DNA of 64,000 bases from Planctomycetota bacterium (GTDB taxonomy: Bacteria > Planctomycetota > UBA1135 > GCA-002748355). The translations under genes were made by a program, and so were the position numbers. The stretch's first letter is position 1, and the number at the start of each line of letters is the position of its first letter. Shown here piece after piece: positions 29,261 through 39,249 of this stretch. Under the pieces are notes generated by a model, which did not search any database, was not told the DNA's origin, and worked only from the letters and a program-made list of their open reading frames with translations. Location of the stretch: positions 204 through 64,203 of the forward strand of contig PDSF01000046.1 of assembly GCA_002748355.1 (NCBI GenBank), written 5' to 3'.

Positions 29261-29480
29261 AAAAGCCTCCCGCCCTCGCTTTACCCTCGAAAGCACCCTC
29301 CGATGGGCTCTTCCCTCGATCAGTTCACAGCCAAACACTTAGCATCCGGCATCTCATTCACTTGTTTCCCGAACAGTCAAAATTGACCAGCTGCTCAGCC
29401 TGCTCTACTTTACTTTTTGGATCCAAAGCGCATAGTGTGCCGCCCTCTCGCCATGGCGCTGTGCCAAACCCCGAGCTTCG

Positions 29481-32400
29481 ATGAGCCACCGAAGAAGCGG
29501 TACCATGCCAGAGCCCCTCAGCCTCCCCGATGACACACCGGAGGAATGCATCGCCATCGTCGGCATCGGACTGCGAGTTCCGGATGCCCGAAGCGCTGAG
29601 TCCTTCTGGCAGAACCTGGTCCGGGGCCACGAGTCACTCAGGCAGTTCAGCGAAGAAGAGCTCACCCAAGCCGGGGTAAAAGCAACAGAACTAGGAGATC
29701 CCCGCTACGTCCGTGCGGGCATGGTCCTCGACGGCTTCGACGAGTTTGACGCGGAATTCTTCGGACTCGGCCCGAAGGACGCCGCCATCATGGACCCCCA
29801 GCACCGCCAATTTTTATCTTGCTGCTGGGAAGCCATCGAAGACGCGGGGCACCCACCCTCGCGATTCCACGGAGAAATCGGAGTATTCGCCGGCTGCGGC
29901 ATGAGCTCCTACTTCATTTTCAATGTCCTCTCGCACAAGGAACTGCTTAACTCCGTCGGGCTCTTCCTGCTCCGGCACACGGGTAATGACAAAGATTTCC
30001 TTGCCACCCGCGCCAGCTACCAGTTCGACCTAAAAGGGCCCGCTATCAGCATCCAAACCGCTTGCTCAACCTCGCTGGTCGCGGTGCACATGGGGGCCCA
30101 AAGCCTCCTCGCCGGGGAGTGCGACATGGCGCTGGCGGGAGGCTGCACGATCGATATTCCCCACGGTCGAGGCTATCTCAGCAAAGAAGGAGAAATCCTC
30201 TCGCCCGACGGGCATTGTCGAGCTTTCGACGCTTCTTCTGCCGGCACGGTCTTCGGCAGCGGTAGCGCAGTCGTAGTATTGCGTCGCCTCGACGATGCTA
30301 TGCGGGACGGCGACCACATCTATGCCGTTCTGCATGGATCATCTGTCAACAATGATGGCTCGGGCAAGGTCGGCTATTTGGCCCCCAGCGTCGACGGACA
30401 AGCGGCTGCGATCGCCGAAGCCATCTCAATCTCAGGCCTGAACGCCTCCCAAATCGGCTACGTGGAATGCCACGGAACCGGCACCACAATCGGGGATCCC
30501 ATCGAGGTGGCAGCGCTCACCCAGGCGTTTCGCGAGTCCAGCAAGGGCATAGGTAACTGCCGCATCGGCTCGGTAAAAACCAATATCGGCCACCTCGACA
30601 CTGCGGCAGGAGGCGTGGGGCTCATCAAAGCTGCTTTATGCCTGAAACGTGGGGCAATACCTCCAAGCCTCCATTTCGAACGCCCCAATCCCAAGCTCGA
30701 AATAGAGTCCAGCCCCTTCGTCGTGGCGAAGGAGCTCACCGAGTGGCCCAGAGGCCCAGAGCCCCGCTTTGCTGGAGTAAATAGTCTCGGCGTAGGCGGT
30801 ACCAATGCCTTCGCTGTGCTCGGGGAGCCCCCCGTGAGCGAAGCACAAGCCCCTGCTTCTCCTGGCCCCCATGCCATTTGCCTCTCCGCCCGTAACGACG
30901 CCGCTCTTGATGCAGCCTGCAGTCGCCTTGCCTCCCACTTACAGGCCCACCCCGAACAGGCGTTAGAGGATATCGCCTTCACCCTGCTTCATGGCCGGCA
31001 CGCCTTCGATCGTCGACGCAGCTTCGCTTGCCGAGATCGCGCAGATGCGATCCAAGTCCTTGAAACTCGTGATCCGATCAGGATCGCAACCCGCAACCGA
31101 AACTCAAATCGCGAAAACCCGATCTTCCTCCTTCCCGGCGGCGGGTCGCAATACCCGGCGATGGGACGCGGCCTCTACGACACCGAGCCGATCTACCGCC
31201 AGCACATCGACAAGGGGCGTAAACTCCTTCGAGAGGAACACGGTATCGACCTGGACCCCCTGCTGTTTCCAAACACAGACGGTTTCGCCAAAGCCGAATC
31301 CGAGTTCCTCCGCCCATCGCTGCAACTCCCTGCCCTGTTCTTGGCCGAATACGCCTTAGCCCAACTTTGGGGTGAACGTGGGGTCCAACCGGCCGCCCTA
31401 CTTGGGCACAGCATGGGCGAGAACACAGCAGCATGTATCGCCGGAGTCATAGACTTCCAAGCTGCACTGGGTCTCGTGGTCCTGAGAGGCCGACTATTTG
31501 AAGAGATTCCTCCCGGAGGGATGGCGAGCGTCTCTCTCGACGAGCCCAGCCTGCTCAAACTCTTGCCCGACACTCTCGATCTCGCCGTCGTAAACGGCCC
31601 CCAAAACTGCGTGGTCTCGGGCGAGACCAACGCCTTACAGGCATTTATCTCAAAACTTGAAGGGCGTGATATCGAGGTTCGGCGCATCCGCATCTCGATT
31701 GCAGCACACTCCCGGATGCTAGATCCGATCCTGGACGAGTTCGGCGCCTACCTACAGAAACAGGAGCTCCGAAAACCGACAATCCCGTTGCTTTCAAATC
31801 TAACGGGTACCTGGCTCAGCGATGAGGAAGCGACATCTCCTGATTACTGGGTCCATCATCTTCGGGAAACGGTCCTCTTCGGCAGCTGCGTCACAACGGC
31901 TCTTGAAGGAAACGAGTCGCCCTTGCTCGAAGTCGGCCCCGGACGCAGCCTCAGCTCGCTCTCGCGCATCAACCCGGCCTTCGGCGGCCGCCGTGATGCC
32001 ATAGCCACCTTCCGACACCCCGATGAGAAGACTCCAGACGACATTCATTTCCTAAACGCATTCGCCCGGCTATGGGCCAATGGCTTGGCTGTCGACGAGG
32101 CGCGCCTGGTCCCAACAGAGAATCGTCGGCGGGTGTCCTTGCCAACATACGCTTTTCAGGAGCAGCGTTACTGGATCGAAGCCCTCGAAACCCAAGCGAA
32201 CAGGGAACAAGAGATCTCCATCGAGCGCATTGAGCGTATCGAGGAATGGCCTCTCGTACCAAAATGGCAGGCTTCTTCTCTGGCTGGGAGCAGCAATCAA
32301 AACCAAAGATGGCTGGTCCTCGCTGACAAATCTGGCGTGGGCGAGGCATTAGCGCATCACATTCGTCAATCGGGGGCGGATCTAATCCTCGCTCGTGAGG

Positions 32401-35400
32401 GTGATCGCAATACCCGTCAGACGGACGACGAGTTCCTCATCGCCCCCGAAATCGCGACCGAAGGCTTCGACGAGCTTTTCTCCGTGCTCGCGAACGAGGA
32501 CCGCCTCCCCGATCGAATCGTTCTGTGCTGGCCTATCACTCACTCAAACGATATTCGACCTGGGTCCAGCGCCCTACACCACCACAAGGAGCGAGGCTTC
32601 CTTGCAGTTTTAGAATTGGCGCGAGCACTGGCCAGTGTAGGCAGTGATGGCAAGGTTCACATCACGGTTGCCAGCAATGGGATGCAATCCGTATGCGGGG
32701 AGAAACTCAACTCCCCCGAGAAGGCCTTGCTCTTAGGCGCTTGCCGAGTCTTGCCACGAGAATTGCCCAACGTGCACTGCAGCACGATCGACGTACAGCT
32801 CCGCGAAAAGAAGAGTTTCCTCCTTGGACATGTCAGCTTCTCGCATCGCTCCATCCAAGCTGCCGCTACTGCCATCTATCGGGAAGCCTGCTCCTATCCC
32901 GAGGCGACTTGTACCGTAGCTGCCGTTCGCGGTGACAAGCGTTATGTCGAAGCTCTTGAGCCCACAAAGTGGGACGCATTCCCCGCACGTAATCAGCCCT
33001 ATCTCAGACCCGGAGGCCTGTACCTCCTAACAGGAGGGCTGGGCGGCCTCGGGCTTCTTGCCGCCGAGGAACTCGCAAGCCAGGAAAAGGTCAAGCTATT
33101 ACTCGTCAGCCGAAGCCATCTCCCCGACCGCAGCGAGTGGCCAGGGTGGTTACGTCAGCCGGACAGCGCCGACGAAACGACAAGCATTATTCGTCGCATC
33201 CTGGCGATAGAGGAGAGTGGCTCGGAAGTCATCGTAGAGCAAGCCGATATCACAGATGTAGAAGCCATGCGAAGCTTGCTCCACAAAGGGGAGAAAGCTC
33301 ACGGACCATTACGCGGAATCCTGCACACAGCCGGCGTTCTGGATGAAGGCCCGATCCCCACGCGGGATGCGGGGAAAATTGATCGAGTCCTAGCCGCCAA
33401 GGTCTCGGGCACTCTCGTCCTAGACCAGTTTCTCGAAGAATCCCCCAAGAAGGATGACCTCGATTTCTTCTTGCTGTATTCATCGACTAGCGCACGAATC
33501 GGCCCTCCGGGCCAGATCGACTACGCAGCAGCAAACGCTTTCCTGGACGCCTTTGCGACCAGTGCTCGCTCCAAATATCCCATCTGCTCAGTGGCCTGGG
33601 GCATCTGGAACGAAACAGGGATGGCCGCCCGATCGCTTGTTGAAAACAAAGCAGAGCCATCTCCCGTCCAAGCCAAACAGAAAGCGCAGCATGCCCCCTT
33701 CATCGAGTACTCTCAAAATGCTAACGGTTCCGGTTTTGTCATGGCGGAGCTGGACGACGAGCGCGACTGGATCCTCGATGAGCACCGACTACGCTCGGGA
33801 CGATCGATCCTTCCTGGATCTGGCTTCGTCGACCTGGCTCTTGGCGCCGCGCGTGAACTCGGACATGACGGCAAGGTCACGCTAAAAGACCTCGTTTTCC
33901 TCCGCCCTCTCTTCGCCGATCACCGCCCCCTTTCGCTCCGCTTCATGTTTACTCCCAGCATGTCTGGGTTACGGCTGGATATCGAAAGCAAGGTCGAGCT
34001 TCCAGATGGCCAAAGCGGTTGGCTTCGCCACGCACAAGCCACTCTCGTGCCCGACTCAGAAGAGCTAGCTCCTGCGGCATTGGACATAAGCGATCTCAAG
34101 CATCGCTTTCCCGACCGCAAAAAAAGCAAGAAGGGAGAAGCCATCCCCGTGGACCAAGCCGATCGATTGCGCTTTGGGGCCCGCTGGGAATGCCTCCGAG
34201 AGATATCCTTCACCTCAGATGAGGCTCTCGCCCTCCTGGAGTTATCACCCAGCTTTACTTCCGACCTGGAGCTGAGCCGCGCTCATGCTGCCATGCTCGA
34301 CATGGCGACCGGCTACGCCTTGCGCCTGGATCAAGGCTTTGGTGAGGACGGCGGGCTCTGGGTTCCGCTTACCTACGAATCTCTCACTCTCCACCATTCC
34401 CTACCGGCTCGCTTCCGAAGCCACGTAAGAAAACAGGGGCAAGCAGGGGCAGAGAACTCGGAACTGGCTCGTTTCGACATCGATCTATTCACGCCGGATG
34501 GCACGCTGCTCTGCGAAATCCGCGGCTACACGATGCGAAAGGTTGTGGTCACGGAGTTCCAGCTCGCCAATACGAAGACCCCTTCTGCTCGCGACCTTCG
34601 ATTACAGGCTTCGGGGCAAACAACCAAGAGTTCAAGCCCGGGCACCGCGAGCAAGCTCCACGAACATCTGCGCTTCGGCATCCGTCCTGAAGAAGGACAG
34701 CGCTGCATCAGTGAACTCATTAGGAAACAACTGCCCCCCCAAGTCGTTCTCAGCTCAATCTCATTACCGAGCCTCGCCAAACAGCTCGATCTCACCTCCG
34801 CAGACGCTGACAACGGCGAAACCCGCTTTTCTCGGCCCGTGCTCAGCAGTGACTTCGAGGAACCTGCCGACGACGTCGAACGGACACTACGGGACTACTG
34901 GGAGGAACTCCTGGGAATCGAAGGCATCGGCGTCGAGGACAACTTCTTCGATCTCGGCGGACACTCCCTAATCGCGGTCCGTTTGTTTGCCCGCATACGC
35001 CAAGCCTTCGGCGTGGATTTTCCGATTTCGGTCCTATTCGAAGCGCCCTCGATCCGTTCCTGCGCAGCTCTATTGCGAAAGCGTGCCACTCAGCCAGTCA
35101 ACGAGGATGCACAGCCCAGCGCGACTCAAGTGCGGCATGTCGTCCCGATGAGTAAGAGGATACAGAACGGCTCGCGCCCCCTGTTCCTTGCTGCGGGGAT
35201 GTTTGGGAACATCCTTAACCTGCGCCACCTAGCGGCTCTTCTAAGCAAAGACCGTCAAATCTTTGGCCTACAGGCCCAAGGCCTGTTTGGCGATTTGCCT
35301 CCACACGAGTCCTTCGAAGAAGCGGCGAGGGAGCATCTCAAAGAGATCCGAGCCCTACAAGCAACAGGCCCCTACCTCATCGGCGGCTTTTCCGGTGGCG

Positions 35401-35966
35401 GCCTGGTGGCATACGAAATGGCACAACAGCTCCTGGCCAGCGGTGAAGAGCTTGGAGCCTTGGTCATGCTGGACACCCCGCTTCCAATTCGGCCACAGCT
35501 GTGCCGCCGAGACAAGGTCCAGATTCACCTGCAACGCCTCAAGCAAGACAAGCACCGCTATTTCCTAGAGTGGCTTCGCAACCGCACACGTTGGGAGCTT
35601 GCGAAAATGGCCAAGGTCTTCCGCTCCGACAGCCGCTCCGAAAACGAAAGTAGCTACCATTCGGCCGCCATCGAAGCAGCTTTTCGGCGATGCCTTGAAC
35701 GGTACGAGATTCAGAAGATCGACATCCCAATACACCTCTTCCGCCCTCCGCTCGACCTCGCCCATCCCATAGGGCCGAACCGCTTCGCCAACGCCGCTCG
35801 CGAAATCGTCATTTCCGACAATGGTTGGTCGGAGTACTCTCCCGATGTCCATGTAATCGAGGTGCCCGGAGACCACGACTCCATGGTGCTTGACCCCAAT
35901 GTCAGAGTGCTGGCAGGGCACCTCCGGAAGCTTCTGCAGCGCGCTGATCAGGCCCATTATGAGTGA
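29481..35966 (+). CDS. Type I polyketide synthase, single module: KS-AT-KR(structural+catalytic)-DH-carrier-TE
   Basis: KS: TACSTS Cys codon at 30063, ECHGTGT His at 30471, NIGHLD His at 30591. AT: GGGSQ and GHSMGE, with the Ser codon at 31410. KR: YLLTGGLGGLGL at ~33021 and YAAANAFLDAF with Tyr at 33522, preceded by a ~240-aa pseudo-KR region. DH after KR: LDEHRLRSGRSILPGSGF with His at 33783, and HAAMLDMATG with Asp at 34309. Carrier: NFFDLGGHSLIAV with Ser at 34965. TE: GGFSGGG with Ser at 35391 and GDHDS with His at 35873. No loading domain precedes the KS. The start could instead be the ATG at 29505. Confidence 0.95.
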   Translation: MSHRRSGTMPEPLSLPDDTPEECIAIVGIGLRVPDARSAESFWQNLVRGHESLRQFSEEELTQAGVKATELGDPRYVRAGMVLDGFDEFDAEFFGLGPKDAAIMDPQHRQFLSCCWEAIEDAGHPPSRFHGEIGVFAGCGMSSYFIFNVLSHKELLNSVGLFLLRHTGNDKDFLATRASYQFDLKGPAISIQTACSTSLVAVHMGAQSLLAGECDMALAGGCTIDIPHGRGYLSKEGEILSPDGHCRAFDASSAGTVFGSGSAVVVLRRLDDAMRDGDHIYAVLHGSSVNNDGSGKVGYLAPSVDGQAAAIAEAISISGLNASQIGYVECHGTGTTIGDPIEVAALTQAFRESSKGIGNCRIGSVKTNIGHLDTAAGGVGLIKAALCLKRGAIPPSLHFERPNPKLEIESSPFVVAKELTEWPRGPEPRFAGVNSLGVGGTNAFAVLGEPPVSEAQAPASPGPHAICLSARNDAALDAACSRLASHLQAHPEQALEDIAFTLLHGRHAFDRRRSFACRDRADAIQVLETRDPIRIATRNRNSNRENPIFLLPGGGSQYPAMGRGLYDTEPIYRQHIDKGRKLLREEHGIDLDPLLFPNTDGFAKAESEFLRPSLQLPALFLAEYALAQLWGERGVQPAALLGHSMGENTAACIAGVIDFQAALGLVVLRGRLFEEIPPGGMASVSLDEPSLLKLLPDTLDLAVVNGPQNCVVSGETNALQAFISKLEGRDIEVRRIRISIAAHSRMLDPILDEFGAYLQKQELRKPTIPLLSNLTGTWLSDEEATSPDYWVHHLRETVLFGSCVTTALEGNESPLLEVGPGRSLSSLSRINPAFGGRRDAIATFRHPDEKTPDDIHFLNAFARLWANGLAVDEARLVPTENRRRVSLPTYAFQEQRYWIEALETQANREQEISIERIERIEEWPLVPKWQASSLAGSSNQNQRWLVLADKSGVGEALAHHIRQSGADLILAREGDRNTRQTDDEFLIAPEIATEGFDELFSVLANEDRLPDRIVLCWPITHSNDIRPGSSALHHHKERGFLAVLELARALASVGSDGKVHITVASNGMQSVCGEKLNSPEKALLLGACRVLPRELPNVHCSTIDVQLREKKSFLLGHVSFSHRSIQAAATAIYREACSYPEATCTVAAVRGDKRYVEALEPTKWDAFPARNQPYLRPGGLYLLTGGLGGLGLLAAEELASQEKVKLLLVSRSHLPDRSEWPGWLRQPDSADETTSIIRRILAIEESGSEVIVEQADITDVEAMRSLLHKGEKAHGPLRGILHTAGVLDEGPIPTRDAGKIDRVLAAKVSGTLVLDQFLEESPKKDDLDFFLLYSSTSARIGPPGQIDYAAANAFLDAFATSARSKYPICSVAWGIWNETGMAARSLVENKAEPSPVQAKQKAQHAPFIEYSQNANGSGFVMAELDDERDWILDEHRLRSGRSILPGSGFVDLALGAARELGHDGKVTLKDLVFLRPLFADHRPLSLRFMFTPSMSGLRLDIESKVELPDGQSGWLRHAQATLVPDSEELAPAALDISDLKHRFPDRKKSKKGEAIPVDQADRLRFGARWECLREISFTSDEALALLELSPSFTSDLELSRAHAAMLDMATGYALRLDQGFGEDGGLWVPLTYESLTLHHSLPARFRSHVRKQGQAGAENSELARFDIDLFTPDGTLLCEIRGYTMRKVVVTEFQLANTKTPSARDLRLQASGQTTKSSSPGTASKLHEHLRFGIRPEEGQRCISELIRKQLPPQVVLSSISLPSLAKQLDLTSADADNGETRFSRPVLSSDFEEPADDVERTLRDYWEELLGIEGIGVEDNFFDLGGHSLIAVRLFARIRQAFGVDFPISVLFEAPSIRSCAALLRKRATQPVNEDAQPSATQVRHVVPMSKRIQNGSRPLFLAAGMFGNILNLRHLAALLSKDRQIFGLQAQGLFGDLPPHESFEEAAREHLKEIRALQATGPYLIGGFSGGGLVAYEMAQQLLASGEELGALVMLDTPLPIRPQLCRRDKVQIHLQRLKQDKHRYFLEWLRNRTRWELAKMAKVFRSDSRSENESSYHSAAIEAAFRRCLERYEIQKIDIPIHLFRPPLDLAHPIGPNRFANAAREIVISDNGWSEYSPDVHVIEVPGDHDSMVLDPNVRVLAGHLRKLLQRADQAHYE

Positions 35967-36993
35967 AACAGCCATCGTGGTCATTGGCCGCAATGAAGGA
36001 CAGCGCCTCATTGCCTGCTTTGACTCTCTCCGTGGTCGAGAGCCCTACCTGGTCTACGTAGATTCCGGTTCCTCTGATGGAAGCATCGACGCCGCACTGA
36101 GCCGCGGCATCGATGTCATCACTCTGGATACCGATTCGCCCTTCACTGCCGCTCGAGCACGAAATTCCGGCTGGCGGCGCTCTGTAGAGCGCCATCCTGA
36201 ACTCAAATATGTCCAGTTTGTCGACGGGGATTGCTGCGTAGACCCTGACTGGATTTCCTTTGCCCACAACCACCTGAAAAATCACCCTAAGCTCGCTGCC
36301 GTTGCGGGCAGACGCAGAGAACGCCACCCAGAAGCAAGTCGCTACAACCTACTCTGCGACATGGAGTGGGACACTCCCATCGGAGAAGCGGCAGCCGTCG
36401 GGGGTGATGCCATGTTTCGCATCGCAGCTCTTCAGGAAGCTGATGGGTTTAATGACCAGCTGATCTGCGGAGAAGAGCCTGAACTCTGCTTCCGATTGAG
36501 ACAACGTGGCTGGAGCATGGAGCGACTCGACCACGAAATGACCCTGCACGATGCCGATATGCATCGATTTGGTCAGTGGTGGAATCGATCCAAACGTGGC
36601 GGCTGGGCTTTCGCAGAAGGAGCCGCAATGTATGGCGACAGCGAAGAGCGCTACAATGTCCAGCAATACCGAAGCATCTGGATCTGGGCAGCCCTTCTAC
36701 CGTCCACCCTTTTGATTCTGGGAGGGCTCGTCACAGGCTTCGTGTTCCAGAGCTTCTTCGCTGCAGCCATCGGAGCAGTGCTAAGCCCCTTACTCCTTAT
36801 GCCACTGGCCTTGTGGCTCAACTCTTGGCGAGTTGCCCGGAATCGCGTCCAACGTCACGGCGACTCGTGGCGAAGCGCAAAGACCTATGCCTTCTGGGCG
36901 CTGCTCTGGAAGTACCCTGCGTTCCTAGGACTGCTGTCTTTTGCCCAGCACAGGCGTAGCAATCGCAAAGCTTCACTGATCGAGTACAAGTAA
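35959..36993 (+). CDS. Family 2 glycosyltransferase with C-terminal TM helices
   Basis: The ORF was trimmed to the ATG at 35959, which overlaps the PKS stop (ATGAGTGA). It has the GT-A pattern AIVVIGRNEG, YVDSGSSDGS, DGD (DxD) and GEEPEL. Two or three hydrophobic helices lie near the C-terminus. Confidence 0.8.
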   Translation: MSETAIVVIGRNEGQRLIACFDSLRGREPYLVYVDSGSSDGSIDAALSRGIDVITLDTDSPFTAARARNSGWRRSVERHPELKYVQFVDGDCCVDPDWISFAHNHLKNHPKLAAVAGRRRERHPEASRYNLLCDMEWDTPIGEAAAVGGDAMFRIAALQEADGFNDQLICGEEPELCFRLRQRGWSMERLDHEMTLHDADMHRFGQWWNRSKRGGWAFAEGAAMYGDSEERYNVQQYRSIWIWAALLPSTLLILGGLVTGFVFQSFFAAAIGAVLSPLLLMPLALWLNSWRVARNRVQRHGDSWRSAKTYAFWALLWKYPAFLGLLSFAQHRRSNRKASLIEYK

Positions 36994-37000
36994 CCTAGCC

Positions 37001-38104
37001 ATGCATACAGCAAATAACGCATCTAGGGCTAGCTCCGCAATCGCTCCGGAGATGCGTGAGGTCTTGGTCATCATCGTCAACTATCGTTCGGCCACCTTAA
37101 CCTTGCCCTCACTGGAATCGGTCAATGAGGAACGAAGACTACTGGCAACGGAATCCCCGCCAATCAATCTTCGAGCCGTAGTGGTCGAGAACGACTCGGG
37201 AGATGAAGAAGAGCTACGCACTGGTATCGACGACCTGAATTACGGCGACTGGGTCACCCTCATCGCCTCTGACCGCAATGGCGGCTATGCCGATGGCAAT
37301 AATCTGGGAATCGCTCACGGGTTTGCGAGCCAAGCGGCACCAGACTTCATTCACTTCCTGAATCCGGACACCAAGATCCGCCCCGGAGCGATACAGGAGC
37401 TAATCAGATTTCTGGACGAGCACCCAAAGGCTGGACTCGTAGGGAGCGCCTTCTTCAATGGTGACGGTAGCCCTTGGCCGATGGCGTTTCGCTTTCCTAC
37501 TATATGGAGTGAAATCGAGTCGGGTATCGGCTGGGGCCTCATCTCAAAGCTTATGCGGCGCTGGATCGTCGCCCAGGAGATGCCCCCACATCCAGTAAAA
37601 ACCGACTGGGGCCCTGGGGCCTCGATTATCGTGCGCCGAGCTGTCATCGATCGACTCGGCGGTATAGATGCCGGATACTTTCTTTATTTTGAAGAAACCG
37701 ATTACTGCCTTGCCGCCCAAAAAGCGGGATTCGAATTTTGGCGAGTCCCCGCCAGCGAGGTCGTTCATTACTCCGGGGCAAGCACCGGTGTCACAACGAA
37801 GCGCGATCGCCCTATAAGGCTACCAAACTACTGGTTCGAATCGCGGCGACGCTACTTTTTAAAGAACCACGGATTATTCTACGCAATCGCCTGTGACCTT
37901 TGCGCCGTGGCTTCTCGGCTCATAGGTATGGTAAAGGCAACGATCCTGGGAAGAAGACGCAGCTTGGTGCCCTTTTACATAAGGGATCTACTGCGGCACA
38001 GCCCTCTCCTACGACGGAACCGTAAGTGCGAACCCGGCATGCGATATAGCCGCGAGCATCCCAGCGAATATGAGCAGCGGGCATGCGGAAGGGGCGTGAC
38101 CTAA
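37001..38104 (+). CDS. Family 2 glycosyltransferase (WbbL/rhamnosyltransferase-like layout)
   Basis: VLVIIVNYRS, VVVENDSGD, NGGYADGNN, FLNPDT and YFEETDYC motifs. It starts 7 nt after the preceding GT2. Confidence 0.8.
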   Translation: MHTANNASRASSAIAPEMREVLVIIVNYRSATLTLPSLESVNEERRLLATESPPINLRAVVVENDSGDEEELRTGIDDLNYGDWVTLIASDRNGGYADGNNLGIAHGFASQAAPDFIHFLNPDTKIRPGAIQELIRFLDEHPKAGLVGSAFFNGDGSPWPMAFRFPTIWSEIESGIGWGLISKLMRRWIVAQEMPPHPVKTDWGPGASIIVRRAVIDRLGGIDAGYFLYFEETDYCLAAQKAGFEFWRVPASEVVHYSGASTGVTTKRDRPIRLPNYWFESRRRYFLKNHGLFYAIACDLCAVASRLIGMVKATILGRRRSLVPFYIRDLLRHSPLLRRNRKCEPGMRYSREHPSEYEQRACGRGVT

Positions 38105-38167
38105 GCTCACCAATAGCCTAACAGAGCCCGTATAAGGTCTCGCCAGGGCAGAGTCATACCAAATCAA

Positions 38168-39199
38168 ATGACCCCAGAGACCCTCATCACTGGCGCCACA
38201 GGCTTCCTCGGCGCTTCCCTCGCCCGCGCCCTACTGCTGCGCGGGGAGAGCTTACGCCTGCTCATGCGGCCGGAGAGTAACCGTGTCAACCTGCTGGGGC
38301 TGGTGAAGCATGGAGCGGAATTGTGTGAGGGGTCTATCGAGGATGAGGGAGTGCTTCGCCAAGCACTAAGCGGTGTGCGGCGGGTTTACCACTGCGCGGC
38401 AAAGCTCTCCTTCCGAAAGCAGGACCGCAGGGAAATCTGGCGCAGCAATCATCAAGGCACGGCAGGGCTGGCCAAACTCGCCCGCGAGGCCGGAGTCGAA
38501 CGATTGCTCCACGTTTCCTCACTCGTGGCGGTCGGCGCATGCAAAGCAGGTGCGCCGCCACTAACCGAAGAGTCCCCCTACAACCTGGCGTCCTTGCGCA
38601 TCCCCTACTGCGAGAGCAAACATGCGGCAGAACAAGCCGTGCTTATGGAGCATGCTCGCGGCCTGGATGTGGTCATCGTCAACCCTTCGCTCATCATTGG
38701 GCCAGGCGATCTGCGCGGGCCTGGTGACTCGATCCTGCTAGCAATCGCTGAGGGCAAGGCCCCTTTTCTCCCTCCCGGCGGCATCAACGTCGTCGATGTG
38801 CGTGACGTAGTTGCTGGCAGCATCGCCGCAATGGAAAGCGGCCGTAGCGGTGAGAGGTATCTCCTTGGTGGTCAAAACCTCAGCCATGTCGAACTCGCTC
38901 GGATCACCCTGCGCATTCTCGGCCGGCAGCAGAGACTCCGAAGACTCGCTCCAGCCCTCTACTCCCCACTAGCCCGCATAGCGGGGCTCGCAGAAAGCTT
39001 TGGACTTGTACGCCAGCCGCTGACCGGCGCGCTACTGCGCCTGGCTGCCAAGCACATCTACTGCGACTGCAGCAAGGCGGAAAAGGAACTCGGCTATGCC
39101 GCCTACCCGATCGAGATGGCCATAAAGGCCTCCTTCGATCAATGGCTCGACCGCGACCAGGTCTCCCCCTGTATCGTCGCCGGCCTAGGCCGGCTCTGA
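38168..39199 (+). CDS. Extended short-chain dehydrogenase/reductase (NAD-dependent epimerase/dehydratase, HpnA / 3beta-HSD-like)
   Basis: ITGATGFLGASLARAL Rossmann motif and YCESK (YxxxK). Length 343 aa. Confidence 0.8.
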   Translation: MTPETLITGATGFLGASLARALLLRGESLRLLMRPESNRVNLLGLVKHGAELCEGSIEDEGVLRQALSGVRRVYHCAAKLSFRKQDRREIWRSNHQGTAGLAKLAREAGVERLLHVSSLVAVGACKAGAPPLTEESPYNLASLRIPYCESKHAAEQAVLMEHARGLDVVIVNPSLIIGPGDLRGPGDSILLAIAEGKAPFLPPGGINVVDVRDVVAGSIAAMESGRSGERYLLGGQNLSHVELARITLRILGRQQRLRRLAPALYSPLARIAGLAESFGLVRQPLTGALLRLAAKHIYCDCSKAEKELGYAAYPIEMAIKASFDQWLDRDQVSPCIVAGLGRL

Positions 39200-39249
39200 T
39201 GCCTGGTGAAGGCTGGATATCGCCAGCTGAGGACTAAGAAGTCGCCGGC

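Noticed and set aside
29376-29387. Short inverted repeat gtcaa-aa-ttgac about 95 nt upstream of the PKS start. I considered it as an operator.
   Set aside because: It has only 5-bp arms, which is expected by chance in a 220-nt AT-richer intergenic region. There is no second copy elsewhere in the window.
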